A stretch of DNA of 64,000 nucleotides from Spirochaetaceae bacterium (GTDB lineage: Bacteria > Spirochaetota > Spirochaetia > DSM-2461): NCBI GenBank assembly GCA_965232615.1, contig OZ246985.1, positions 847,778-911,777 on the forward strand, given 5' to 3'. Of the stretch, positions 28,818 through 38,782 are shown piece after piece. The notes below the pieces were generated by a model. That model was not told the DNA's origin, did not search any database, and worked only from the letters and a program-made list of their open reading frames with translations. The position numbers and the translations under genes are program-made. Position 1 is the stretch's first letter. Every line of letters begins with the position of its first letter.

Positions 28818-29843
28818 ATGGATCAAACTGTGTTGAAAGTAGAAAACCTTCGAACTTCTTTTTATTCTCATCTTGGTGAGATACAGGCTGTGCGCGGTTC
28901 ATCATTTACATTGAAGCGAGGCGATGTTCTGGGCATCGCAGGCGAATCGGGTTCAGGGAAAAGTGTAACGGCCCTGTCCATCATGGGACTTATTGAACAT
29001 CCAGGGGAAATCAAGTCAGGAAGTATCCATTTCAACGGGAAGGATCTCACCAGGTTGTCCGGGAATGAACTTCGTGCAATCAGGGGTAAGGAGATCTCAA
29101 TGATATTCCAGGATCCCATGACTTCGCTCAATCCTGTGTATACCATTGAAAACCTGATGATGGAAGTTCTGAGAAAACACAACAGGGGCATGACCAGGAA
29201 ACAGGCTGCCGCTCGGGCTGTCGAAATGTTGGAACTTGTTGGTATTCCAGAACCCCATATTCGGATAAAAAGCTATGCTCATGAGTTTTCAGGAGGAATG
29301 AGACAGCGTGTGATGATAGCAACGGCCCTGTCCTGTGGGCCTCAACTACTCATTGCCGATGAACCAACCACGGCATTGGATGTTACAATTCAGGCCCAGA
29401 TTCTGGAGCTGATGAACAATCTCAAAGAGCAGATTAATACCTCAATCATCCTCATCACTCATGATCTTGGAGTAATTGCCGAGATATGCGACCAGATTAT
29501 TGTTATGTATGGGGGAACCATTATGGAAAAAGGTACGGTGGATGAAATCTTCTATAACCCCCAGAATCCCTACACAGTGGGCCTTCATCAATCGGTCCCG
29601 AAGATGGCAGACTCAGGCAGCAAAAAGCGTCTGATTCCCATTAAAGGCTCTCCTCCCGATCTACTCAACCCTCCCGGAGGATGTCCATTCTTCCCGCGCT
29701 GCCCCCATACAATGCGGGTCTGTATGGAGAAACCACCACCCTGTACTCAGCTCAGTGATACCCATACCTCATTTTGCTGGCTCTTTGACCGGAATGCTCC
29801 TGGAGTGGAAAATTACAGGAAGGAAGAGGTTATCAATGCCTGA
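28818..29843 (+). CDS. oppD: oligopeptide ABC transporter ATP-binding protein
   Basis: Walker A GESGSGKS, signature SGGMRQR, and the C-terminal oligo_HPY Cys motif. Confidence 0.8.
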   Translation: MDQTVLKVENLRTSFYSHLGEIQAVRGSSFTLKRGDVLGIAGESGSGKSVTALSIMGLIEHPGEIKSGSIHFNGKDLTRLSGNELRAIRGKEISMIFQDPMTSLNPVYTIENLMMEVLRKHNRGMTRKQAAARAVEMLELVGIPEPHIRIKSYAHEFSGGMRQRVMIATALSCGPQLLIADEPTTALDVTIQAQILELMNNLKEQINTSIILITHDLGVIAEICDQIIVMYGGTIMEKGTVDEIFYNPQNPYTVGLHQSVPKMADSGSKKRLIPIKGSPPDLLNPPGGCPFFPRCPHTMRVCMEKPPPCTQLSDTHTSFCWLFDRNAPGVENYRKEEVINA

Positions 29844-30828
29844 GACGGACGCTCTGTTAATAGTCAACAACCTCAGAAAACACTTTCCGATAGGCAACAG
29901 AGGTATTTTGAGCAGGCAAAAATCCCTGGTCAAATCTGTAGACGGAGTATCTTTTTCCATCACCCGGGGAAAAACTCTGGGACTGGTAGGAGAATCCGGA
30001 TGTGGAAAATCCACAACGGGCCGTACAATCCTTCGGCTGTATAAACCCACAGATGGAGATGTCCTGTTCGATGGTAAAAACATCTCCCATACTCCCCAGA
30101 AGGACCTTTTTCCCTACCGCAAAAGAATGCAGATGATTTTTCAGGATCCTTATGCCTCCCTGAATTCCCGCATGACAGTAACAGACATAATTGGAGAAGG
30201 CATCACGACTCACAATATTTATAAAGGAAATGAAAAGCAGGAACGAATATTTGATTTACTTCATCGAGTCGGATTGAAAAGAGAACACGCGAACCGATAC
30301 CCCCACGAGTTTTCCGGCGGGCAAAGGCAGCGAGTTGGTATCGCCCGTGCCCTGGCGGTAGAACCTGAACTGATTATTTGTGATGAGCCCATATCGGCCC
30401 TTGATGTATCCATTCAGGCTCAAGTCGTCAACATGCTGGAAGATCTGCAGGATGAGATGAATCTGACCTACCTGTTTATCGCTCACGACCTTTCCATGGT
30501 GAAGCATATCTCAGACCATATCGCGGTGATGTATCTGGGTATGCTGACAGAAACAGCAGACAGCGATGAACTCTATAAGAATCCCCAGCACCCCTATACA
30601 CAGGCTCTCCTCTCCGCCATACCCTATCCGGATCCAGAGATTACCCGTCAAAAGAAACGGATTGTACTTGAAGGGGATGTTCCTTCCCCTGTTGATCCTC
30701 CGGGAGGATGCCGATTTGCATCCCGTTGTCCTCTGAACAAGGATGGGATAAGTGAGATCTGTCAGACTGTTACACCGGAATTGGTGGAAAGAGATTCGGG
30801 GCACTTTGTTGCCTGCCACAAAGTCTGA
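29836..30828 (+). CDS. oppF: oligopeptide ABC transporter ATP-binding protein
   Basis: Walker A GESGCGKST and signature SGGQRQR. The likely start MPETDALL overlaps the oppD stop. Confidence 0.8.
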   Translation: MPETDALLIVNNLRKHFPIGNRGILSRQKSLVKSVDGVSFSITRGKTLGLVGESGCGKSTTGRTILRLYKPTDGDVLFDGKNISHTPQKDLFPYRKRMQMIFQDPYASLNSRMTVTDIIGEGITTHNIYKGNEKQERIFDLLHRVGLKREHANRYPHEFSGGQRQRVGIARALAVEPELIICDEPISALDVSIQAQVVNMLEDLQDEMNLTYLFIAHDLSMVKHISDHIAVMYLGMLTETADSDELYKNPQHPYTQALLSAIPYPDPEITRQKKRIVLEGDVPSPVDPPGGCRFASRCPLNKDGISEICQTVTPELVERDSGHFVACHKV

Positions 30829-31010
30829 ACCCGTTGCTTCATTGTAGCCACTACTGTTTCAATCCGTTCAATCAGAAGAACTTGCCCCCTCAAACACCAC
30901 GCGCAGTGGCGCGTTGATTGTATGAAAAAAAATACAAAAATTTCCCGAGAAACCCTTGACGGAAAATTGCACTATAGTCATATTGTATTAAAGAATTGGT
31001 ACAATAGGAG

Positions 31011-31433
31011 ATGAGACAGGTAATGGCGTCGGATCGGTTTTCAAACGGCCTGGAATTTGCCCTCGACCAATCAAGCGGGGTGCCGTACTACAGGCAAATC
31101 ATCAAACAGGTCGAGATGGCAATCGTCGATGGCCGACTGCGGCAGGGAGGACAGCTCCCAACAGTGCGAAGTCTGGCGGTGGTTTTGCAGATCAACCCCA
31201 ACACGGTAGCCCGGGCGTACAACGAGCTTGAGATTCGAGGCATCGTCAACACCCAACAGGGGACCGGCACCTTCATCAGCGATAAAACCATTGAACTGAC
31301 CGAGGAGGAACGGTCCAGGATACTGGATTCTCTCATACGGACCTTCCTGTCTAACGCGTCATCCTATGGTTTCGGTCTCAAAGAAATCGTTGAACAATTC
31401 AATGCTCTGAAGAAGGAGGAAAGGGATAAATGA
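31011..31433 (+). CDS. GntR-family transcriptional regulator, YtrA subfamily (short C-terminal domain)
   Basis: wHTH LPTVRSLAVVLQINPNTVARAYNELE. 140 aa. First gene of a tight 7-gene operon. Confidence 0.7.
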   Translation: MRQVMASDRFSNGLEFALDQSSGVPYYRQIIKQVEMAIVDGRLRQGGQLPTVRSLAVVLQINPNTVARAYNELEIRGIVNTQQGTGTFISDKTIELTEEERSRILDSLIRTFLSNASSYGFGLKEIVEQFNALKKEERDK

Positions 31434-32572
31434 AGGTATTCAAAAAATTAAAAGAAGGGCCCCCGGTTTCTGCCACTCACAGCCGCAGGCATTTTCACTA
31501 CAACGCAATATCCGCTCTGATGATCTTTGCGTCTCTGATTCTGGGACTTAGTCTGGAGTATGCCCTGTCGGCGAACATCAGTCAGGCGGAGGTGGGCTAC
31601 ATTGTCGCCGGGGTTATTTCGGCCATCGCGTTACTGTTTTTCCTGCCCTGGTGGCCAGTTGTGCTCACCATCGTGGCCGGGCTCTGGGCCGCTTCCATGG
31701 CATTGGGAACCGGCCTGATCGTATTTCCGGCCGTTGTGTCTTTGGGTTTTCTTATCACGCCGGGTTTCATGGTGGTGTCCCAGTGGGACAAGATTGTCGT
31801 TTTAAGACTTGGCCGCTTCCACGGGGTGAAGGGACCGGGTCTCATTTTTCTCGTTCCATTCATCGATACCGCTGCCGGAACCATTGATACCCGGATTCGT
31901 GTCACAGACTTTTCCGCCGAGAAAAGCCTGACTCTGGATACTGTTCCGGTTCACATCGACGCGCTGGCGTTCTGGATGATATGGGATGCCGGAAAAGCAG
32001 TTCTTGAGGTTCAGCACTTCGAAGACGCGGTGGTGCTCAGCGCTCAAACGGCCCTGCGCTCTACGATAGGCTCAAACAGTCTCACGGCACTTCTCAGCGA
32101 GAGAGAGCGTCTGGGGCGGGAGATACAGAGTATCGTTGACGCGAAAACCAACCCCTGGGGGATTACCATAATTTCTGTCGAGTTCAAGGAAATCCTTGTG
32201 CCCAGGGAGCTTGAGGACGTACTGAGCCGGGAGGCACAGGCCGAGCGGGAGCAGAAGGCACGGACTATTCTCAGTAAAACCGAGTCTGAAATATCCTCGC
32301 TGTACGAAAAGGCCGCCGAAGCCTATAAGAACAATCCGACAGCCCTGAGACTCAGGGCCATGAACATGATCTACGAAAGTATGAGGAACAAGGGCGGCCT
32401 GATTCTCACTCCGGCGTCCGCTCTTGAAACGATGAATCTGGGCTCTGTACTCGGCGCGGCAGCTTACGGTGCCAGTACCGGCCTTACCCCGGAGATTTTG
32501 CCGGCGATTGACTCTGAAGAAGATGGCAATTCGCCGGATGCAATACCGCAAGAAGAAGGAGAGAAAAAATGA
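31430..32572 (+). CDS. SPFH/band-7 (stomatin-HflK-like) membrane protein with multi-TM N-terminal extension
   Basis: SPFH core (VVLRLGRF...GPGLIFLVPFID) followed by a coiled-coil tail. Confidence 0.7.
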   Translation: MKVFKKLKEGPPVSATHSRRHFHYNAISALMIFASLILGLSLEYALSANISQAEVGYIVAGVISAIALLFFLPWWPVVLTIVAGLWAASMALGTGLIVFPAVVSLGFLITPGFMVVSQWDKIVVLRLGRFHGVKGPGLIFLVPFIDTAAGTIDTRIRVTDFSAEKSLTLDTVPVHIDALAFWMIWDAGKAVLEVQHFEDAVVLSAQTALRSTIGSNSLTALLSERERLGREIQSIVDAKTNPWGITIISVEFKEILVPRELEDVLSREAQAEREQKARTILSKTESEISSLYEKAAEAYKNNPTALRLRAMNMIYESMRNKGGLILTPASALETMNLGSVLGAAAYGASTGLTPEILPAIDSEEDGNSPDAIPQEEGEKK

Positions 32573-33246
32573 TTTCAGTTAAAGACCTCTACAAGACTTA
32601 TGCAACAGGAGACATGAAGGTACAGGCGCTTCAGGGCGTTTCGTTGGAGATCGACAGGGGGGAATTTATCGCTTTGGCCGGACCTTCCGGCTCGGGAAAG
32701 ACGACGATGCTCAACATCATCGGCTGTATAGATTCGGCTGATTCCGGCGAAGTCACCATTGCCGGACAATCGGTGATGAAACTCAAGAAGAACGAGCAGG
32801 CGATGTTTCGCCGGGACAACCTCGGATTTGTTTTTCAGAGTTACAACCTGATTCCGGTACTCACCGCGTTTGAAAACGTCGCTTTCAGCCTGAACCTGAT
32901 GAATGTCGATGACAGAGAAGTGCAGGAGAGAACCATGGCGATTCTCAAAGAAGTCGGCCTGGAGGGTATGGAAAATCGTCGGCCTGGAAAACTCTCCGGG
33001 GGTCAGCAGCAGAGAGTGGCGATAGCCCGGGCCATTGTCAAGGACCCGGAAATCCTTTTGGCGGATGAGCCCACAGCGAACCTCGATTCCAACACCGGAC
33101 AGGAGATTCTGGAATTGATGAAGGCACTCAACGAAAGGCATAAAAGCACCTTTATCTTCTCAACCCACGATCCCATGGTGATGGATTTTTCCAGTCGGCT
33201 CGTGCGGCTTCATGACGGCGTTATTCAGCACGATGAACGGAGGTGA
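32569..33246 (+). CDS. ABC transporter ATP-binding protein (MacB/LolD type)
   Basis: GPSGSGKTT, LSGGQQQR, LLADEP. 225 aa. Confidence 0.8.
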   Translation: MISVKDLYKTYATGDMKVQALQGVSLEIDRGEFIALAGPSGSGKTTMLNIIGCIDSADSGEVTIAGQSVMKLKKNEQAMFRRDNLGFVFQSYNLIPVLTAFENVAFSLNLMNVDDREVQERTMAILKEVGLEGMENRRPGKLSGGQQQRVAIARAIVKDPEILLADEPTANLDSNTGQEILELMKALNERHKSTFIFSTHDPMVMDFSSRLVRLHDGVIQHDERR

Positions 33247-33249
33247 AAG

Positions 33250-34494
33250 ATGTTTTTCATTCCTAAAATGGCTTTTTTGAATCTGGCCCGTTACAAGAAG
33301 CGAACCATGATTACCGCCGGGGCCATCGCCTACGGGCTGTTGATGCTTATCATCATGCGGTCTCTTCTTACCGGAATAGACTCCGAGTCAATTACGAATT
33401 TGCGGCTCTATGAAACCGCGACTGGACGCATCATGGTTCCAGGGTATTGGGAGGACAGGGAAACTTTTCCCCTGGAAAAATCCTTCGATCCCGCCATGAT
33501 CGAGCCCCTCCTCTCTGCATCCGGCGCCGGTTATTCCCCCAGGGTGAGTTTCGGCGGCGATTTAATCTTCTACAAAGATCCCTTCCCGGAGGACGGAAGC
33601 ATTCCGGGACTGTTCACTGCGATCGACCCCGTACAGGATGCCAACGTGTTCAAAATACAGGACAGCCTCGTCGAGGGTGAATGGCTGGTGGACGGTGAGC
33701 AGGGCCTGGTTCTTGGACATTGGCTTGCCGAAGATATCGGCGGCAGCATCGGCAGCACGGTGCTCGTCGAAACTCAAACCCGGGACGGTTACGCACAGGT
33801 GTTTGAACTGGAAATTGTGGGCATCATAAACTGCCCCAATCCCGAAATTACGCGCTCTGGTATGTTTCTTCCCCTGTCAATCGCCAACGAGTTCCTGGAA
33901 ATGGACGGTAAGGTAACGGAAATGAATGTGAATTACGGTGAAGATTCCTCCGCCGATACACGTTTCAGCGCCTTAAGCCGGGATATCGAGGCCCTCGGCC
34001 TGGAGGCTGTCGATTGGCGGGTTCTGGGGGAGGATTTTATTGCCATCTCCCAGACGAAAGCCGGCAGTTCATTCGTTCTCATTCTGCTTATTCTCATTAT
34101 TGCCGGCGTTGGGATATCCAATACCATGCTGATGGCTGTGTATGAACGCGTGAGGGAGCTGGGGATGATGAGAGCTCTCGGTATGAAAAATAATCAGATT
34201 CGCAGCCTGTTTCTCTGGGAGTCGGCGGGGATAGGCCTTCTCGGCGGCGTATACGGAGTTGGACTTGGTGCCCTGATAAACTGGCCGCTGGTGAAGTTCG
34301 GGATTGACTACTCCTTTCTTCTCCGGGAGTCCAACTTCGGTTACAGGATCCAGGGACAGATGTACGGGGCATGGGAGATTCCAACGATGATAGCCGCATT
34401 CTTAATGGGGGTGGGAATGGCCGTCCTGGTGGCCGCATTCTCCACGCATAGAATCCTGCGCCTGAACATCCCGGCCAGTCTGAGGTTTCAATAG
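33250..34494 (+). CDS. ABC transporter permease, FtsX/MacB/LolC-E family
   Basis: N-terminal TM, a large periplasmic domain and a C-terminal FtsX-type 3-TM bundle (RELGMMRALGMKNNQIRSLFLWE). Confidence 0.7.
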   Translation: MFFIPKMAFLNLARYKKRTMITAGAIAYGLLMLIIMRSLLTGIDSESITNLRLYETATGRIMVPGYWEDRETFPLEKSFDPAMIEPLLSASGAGYSPRVSFGGDLIFYKDPFPEDGSIPGLFTAIDPVQDANVFKIQDSLVEGEWLVDGEQGLVLGHWLAEDIGGSIGSTVLVETQTRDGYAQVFELEIVGIINCPNPEITRSGMFLPLSIANEFLEMDGKVTEMNVNYGEDSSADTRFSALSRDIEALGLEAVDWRVLGEDFIAISQTKAGSSFVLILLILIIAGVGISNTMLMAVYERVRELGMMRALGMKNNQIRSLFLWESAGIGLLGGVYGVGLGALINWPLVKFGIDYSFLLRESNFGYRIQGQMYGAWEIPTMIAAFLMGVGMAVLVAAFSTHRILRLNIPASLRFQ

Positions 34495-34501
34495 GAGGTG
34501 A

Positions 34502-35755
34502 ATGATGAAGCTTTATAAAATCGCTCTACGGAACATCCGCAGAAACAAACGGCGGAGTCTACTGTCCGCAACGGCTATTACCATTGCGGCATTTGCCATC
34601 GTTTTCCTTTTCGGCTTCCTTGCCGGAATGCTGAATGACATGGAGTCCAACCTCTGGACCTACATGACCGGCGCCGTCCGGGTGCGGCATTCGGAATTCG
34701 ACAAGTACGAACGCCTGAACCCCCTGCACCTGGCCATCCCCAACTACGAAGACTTACTGAAGGAGATTCAGGCCGACCCGGCAGTAACCGCGGTCAGTCC
34801 CAGGATCAATTTCCCTGGAAGGCTTCCTGTAGGAGGAATCGGCAGTGACAAAAAGGTTAATGTCATGGGTCTGGGGGTGGACTTCACCACCGAAGCGTCC
34901 TATCAGGATTACCGGCAAACCCTCGCCCTTGGGCGCTTGCCCCGGATGGGGACGCGCGAGGCATTGGTGGGACGCGTGCTGGCCGATAAGATTGACGTGA
35001 GTCCTGGAGACAAGTTTACAGTGCTCTCTCAATCAGGCTCCCGGGGCAGCAACGCCTACACCTTTACCGTTGTGGGCATACTCGCGCTGCCCCTTTCCGG
35101 CCTTGAAGCCGTCATGGTCCAGGCGCCCCTGGACACGGTACAGCGCTTCCTCTGGCTGCCGGATCAGGTACAAGAGATTCTGATCAAGATCGACCCAAAG
35201 ATTGATTCACCAAAGAAACTCGCCGCACGGCTGGGCAATGCACTGGAATCTAAGGTTCCGCTGAATGTCCGGGATTACAAGGAGGTGAACGGGATGGCAT
35301 CGATGATGGACCTGGCGTCCAGGATGTATGATATCATCGCGATTATCTTCTTCCTGCTGGCCAGCACAGTCATCATCAACACCACCATCATGGTGATTTT
35401 CGAGAGGATGAAGGAAATCGGGACTCTTGGTGCCATGGGTATGACAGGGAAGCAGTTGATGCGGCTCTTCTTCTTCGAGGCCCTGTTTATCAGCATGGCC
35501 GGGGCCATTGTCGGCATCCTTGGAGGTATCGCCCTTACCGGTTACCTCGGGAAGGTGGGCTTCTCCGCGATGGCGGACGCGATGAGAGGCATGGACACTG
35601 TGATGGGGCTAGGTTCGACCATCTACCCTGTTCTGAATTTCAAGTCAACCATAGGGGTGTTCCTGTACTCTCTGGCCGTTACCGGAGTGGCGACGTGGTG
35701 GCCGTCCAGGCGGGCGGCAAAGATAACGCCGGTTGAGGCGTTAAGGCATGTTTAA
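34502..35755 (+). CDS. ABC transporter permease, FtsX/MacB/LolC-E family (second copy)
   Basis: Same architecture (KEIGTLGAMGMTGKQLMRLFFFE). Confidence 0.7.
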   Translation: MMKLYKIALRNIRRNKRRSLLSATAITIAAFAIVFLFGFLAGMLNDMESNLWTYMTGAVRVRHSEFDKYERLNPLHLAIPNYEDLLKEIQADPAVTAVSPRINFPGRLPVGGIGSDKKVNVMGLGVDFTTEASYQDYRQTLALGRLPRMGTREALVGRVLADKIDVSPGDKFTVLSQSGSRGSNAYTFTVVGILALPLSGLEAVMVQAPLDTVQRFLWLPDQVQEILIKIDPKIDSPKKLAARLGNALESKVPLNVRDYKEVNGMASMMDLASRMYDIIAIIFFLLASTVIINTTIMVIFERMKEIGTLGAMGMTGKQLMRLFFFEALFISMAGAIVGILGGIALTGYLGKVGFSAMADAMRGMDTVMGLGSTIYPVLNFKSTIGVFLYSLAVTGVATWWPSRRAAKITPVEALRHV

Positions 35756-35773
35756 GGAGATAGGAGGAAAAAA

Positions 35774-36505
35774 ATGTTAAGAACTATTATGACCGGCCTG
35801 ATCACTATGGCTGCAGCATCGTCGCTTTTCGCGCAAAGCGCCGAAGAAATCATTCGGAAGATGGACGAGATGCAGACATTTGAGACCCTTTACAGCGAAG
35901 GAACGATGATCAGCGTTGACCGGTTCGGCGAAAAAAGAAGTACCTATAACGCGTGGTCGCGGGGGAGCACGGACTTCCTCATCGAATTTACCAACGTGGA
36001 AGAACGAGGGCAGAAGCTACTCCGGGTGGAGGACGAACTCTACCTCTTCTATCCGGATGCTGAAGACATCATTCCCATGCATGGAGCGGCGCTGAAACAA
36101 TCCTTGTTCGGGGATGTTTCCTATGAAGACATTACCGAGGGAAAGAACACCCTGGATAAATACAAAGTTTCGATAAAGGGGAGCCGGAATGTCGATGGTG
36201 TAGATTGTTGGGTTATAGAGATGATCGCGACCAGCCGGGATGTTCCCTATCCCAAACAAATTATACAGGTGGGAAAGGTCGATAACGTTCTCCGTGCCGC
36301 GGAGTACTATGCCAGGTCCGGGCGGCTACTCAAAATTGCCGATGTAAAGTCTTTTCGAGAATTCGACGATGGGCACGTCTTAATCACCGAAATGGAGCTG
36401 GCGGATCAACTTCGCCGAGGCTCCAGCACAAGAATGCGCATCGATACGGTGGAGGTCAATCCTGATCTTGACGACGATGTGTTTTCCCTGAGGTCTCTGT
36501 ACTAA
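35774..36505 (+). CDS. LolA-like outer-membrane-lipoprotein-sorting family protein (periplasmic)
   Basis: Signal peptide. Recalled similarity to the outer membrane lipoprotein-sorting protein family that co-occurs with FtsX-type ABC systems. Confidence 0.45.
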   Translation: MLRTIMTGLITMAAASSLFAQSAEEIIRKMDEMQTFETLYSEGTMISVDRFGEKRSTYNAWSRGSTDFLIEFTNVEERGQKLLRVEDELYLFYPDAEDIIPMHGAALKQSLFGDVSYEDITEGKNTLDKYKVSIKGSRNVDGVDCWVIEMIATSRDVPYPKQIIQVGKVDNVLRAAEYYARSGRLLKIADVKSFREFDDGHVLITEMELADQLRRGSSTRMRIDTVEVNPDLDDDVFSLRSLY

Positions 36506-36506
36506 T

Positions 36507-37721
36507 ATGAAGACCTTAAGACGCCGCTTTGCGTGTCTGTTTCTCCTGGGAAGTCTACTTACTTCCTACCTGGCGGCTGAGAGCGAAACCCGGGCCAATC
36601 TTCAGCTCTATAACACCGTATATCGCGGCAAAGGGACCAACTGGTACTATGGCGCCACCGGCCTGGCCGATCTCCGTTTCGCCTCCACGGGAAACAAAAA
36701 CATGAAGGCCCAGGTCGCGGTGGAATTCATGCCCAGGGACATCGCCGGCGGCGGTGGGTCGTCGGCTCCGGCGGTATCGCTGAAAAGGCTGTGGATAAAG
36801 GCGAACTTTCCCTCATGGCGACTCACCGCCGGCAAAACCAGGGTGACCTGGGGAAATGGTTTCGTTTTCAATTCCGGTGATATTCTCTTCGGCAGTCTGT
36901 CCCCCTATCTGAATTTCACCCAGTCGACGGTGAGAGATGATACGGCATTTCTCACCTCCCTGAACTTTCCCCTCGGGCAATTCAGCTATCTGGAAGCCAT
37001 CGTACTGCCCCCGGACCTGGTGCAAGACAGCCTGACAGGAAATTTTGCTTTCCAATCCATCGACCATATTTCGGGGGGAGTACGCTTCTTCTTTCGAATC
37101 AAAGGTTTCCGCCTGGAAGGCGGCTACCTTTACAAGGGTGATAAGAAGGTTACGAATGACATGCTGGGCCATCGGCCTTACCTGTCATTTCACGGCCACG
37201 CGGGGGTGGATTTCTATGGCGCGGTTTCCCTGGCGGCCGGTTACGATTCGAGCCTGAGGGGGGATCAGCACAGGGATACCTGGGACGAAATTTCCCGAAC
37301 GGTGAATATCAGCCTTGGTGCCTTCCACCAGTTTCAGGTCGGCTATGACGGCACCCTCTCGTTTCGTCTGGAAGCCCTCATCATGCCCTGGCAGAACTGG
37401 AATTCCCAGGATTTCACGGAAATCCTGGCCGGTTCGGCCTACGGTATCATGATTTATCCCATGATGAGCTGGAATTTCCGGTCCTCCTGGACCATTACGC
37501 TCCAGTCGGTTATCTCACCAGTGGATGCCTCCGCCCAGGTGACCGGCAGTGTGGGCTGGCAGGTGTTCCAGGGCTTCACTCTCCTTGGATATGTCAGCGC
37601 CAGCATTGGTGGTGAACAGTCCCTGTTCGCCTGGGACCGAACAGGCGCATGGCCGGAATCATGGCCGGAAGACCGTCCCAATGGGATGAGTTTTACTCTG
37701 GGAGGACGGTATAGTTATTAG
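36507..37721 (+). CDS. putative outer-membrane beta-barrel protein (unknown family)
   Basis: Signal peptide, alternating amphipathic beta-like segments and a C-terminal ...GGRYSY aromatic terminus. Confidence 0.35.
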   Translation: MKTLRRRFACLFLLGSLLTSYLAAESETRANLQLYNTVYRGKGTNWYYGATGLADLRFASTGNKNMKAQVAVEFMPRDIAGGGGSSAPAVSLKRLWIKANFPSWRLTAGKTRVTWGNGFVFNSGDILFGSLSPYLNFTQSTVRDDTAFLTSLNFPLGQFSYLEAIVLPPDLVQDSLTGNFAFQSIDHISGGVRFFFRIKGFRLEGGYLYKGDKKVTNDMLGHRPYLSFHGHAGVDFYGAVSLAAGYDSSLRGDQHRDTWDEISRTVNISLGAFHQFQVGYDGTLSFRLEALIMPWQNWNSQDFTEILAGSAYGIMIYPMMSWNFRSSWTITLQSVISPVDASAQVTGSVGWQVFQGFTLLGYVSASIGGEQSLFAWDRTGAWPESWPEDRPNGMSFTLGGRYSY

Positions 37722-37781
37722 GCAGAATCAATGGGGCAGGCTTCGTCCATTGACCTTAGATTAGCATTCAGAGTAACGGTT

Positions 37782-37919
37782 TGTACTTGAAGGGAATGAT
37801 CCTTTCCCCTGTTGATCCGTCGAGAGGATGCCGAATTGCATCCCGTTGTCCTCTGAACGTGGAAAGAGATTCGGGGCACTTTGTTGCCTACCGCGAAGTC
37901 TGAACCCATTGCTTCATGG
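37782..37919 (+). pseudogene. duplicated fragment of the oppF 3' end (about 90% identity to 30662-30850, with a 47-bp internal deletion)
   Basis: Direct sequence comparison. ttgtacttgaagg..cccctgttgatcc..ggatgccga.ttgcatcccgttgtcctctgaac..tggaaagagattcggggcactttgttgcct.cc.c.aagtctgaaccc.ttgcttcat. Confidence 0.55.
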
Positions 37920-37926
37920 AAAACAG

Positions 37927-38295
37927 TTATCCCATGCCTAACAGCTTGAAAATAGTACTTAACACCTTATCCGCTTCAAAGGGTTTAACAATGAAATCCT
38001 TTGCCCCTAAGGAAAGTGCTTCAAAAACCTGCTTCTTCTGACCGACGGCACTCACAATAACTATACGAGCTTCAGAATTATGCTGTATCATCTTTTTAAG
38101 AGTTTCAATTCCATCCATTTTCGGCATGGCAATGTCAAGTGTTACAAAGTCAGGGTTGTGAATTTTGAAATTTGCAAGACCATCCACACCATTGACAGCT
38201 TCGCTTACGATCTCAAAATGTGGTCCCAGAATATCCCTCAACCTCATCCTCATCACTGCCGCGTCATCAACAATCATCCCCTTATACATGCTCAA
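37927..38295 (-). CDS. cheY: single-domain response regulator CheY
   Basis: 122 aa receiver domain (DD...D...K pattern: IVDDAAVMR, DIAMPKMDG, KPF). Confidence 0.8.
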   Translation of the reverse strand: MSMYKGMIVDDAAVMRMRLRDILGPHFEIVSEAVNGVDGLANFKIHNPDFVTLDIAMPKMDGIETLKKMIQHNSEARIVIVSAVGQKKQVFEALSLGAKDFIVKPFEADKVLSTIFKLLGMG

Positions 38296-38767
38296 CCTCT
38301 GAAACCTGACTCTGTAGTGCCAGATTCAACTCCAATTCACCAATAATGGAATTAAAAGATAGAAAAACTGCCGGAATACCATCAATATCAAGGTTTCTTC
38401 CTGGATGAGTAATAATGGAAGGAGTCGTGATTTTAATCAGCTTATCATCTCCAGCCAAACCGATGCTGGCCTGACCTGTTATCATATTGGCAAGCTCACA
38501 GACCGCACTCTGGACCATCTCCTGTACCTCATGGGGCTGTTTTTTACCTGTCATGGCAGTGGCAACAGAATATGCAAAATCCCAATCCATTGAATAGATC
38601 ACCTGTCCGTATATGGGACCTTTTATACCAATGAGAATTGAAACCGGCATGGAAGATTGAGTATTTTTTTTTCTGCCAATACCACTTCTCTCCAAATTGA
38701 TATGTATTTCCTTGTCAAATATCAATTTTGCACTATTAACAAAGAAATTGATATACTCGTATCTCAT
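38282..38767 (-). CDS. cheX: CheY-P phosphatase CheX
   Basis: 161 aa of CheX/CheC-like fold. Overlaps cheY and follows the kinase gene. Confidence 0.65.
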   Translation of the reverse strand: MRYEYINFFVNSAKLIFDKEIHINLERSGIGRKKNTQSSMPVSILIGIKGPIYGQVIYSMDWDFAYSVATAMTGKKQPHEVQEMVQSAVCELANMITGQASIGLAGDDKLIKITTPSIITHPGRNLDIDGIPAVFLSFNSIIGELELNLALQSQVSEVEHV

Positions 38768-38782
38768 CCAGTCACCATATCC

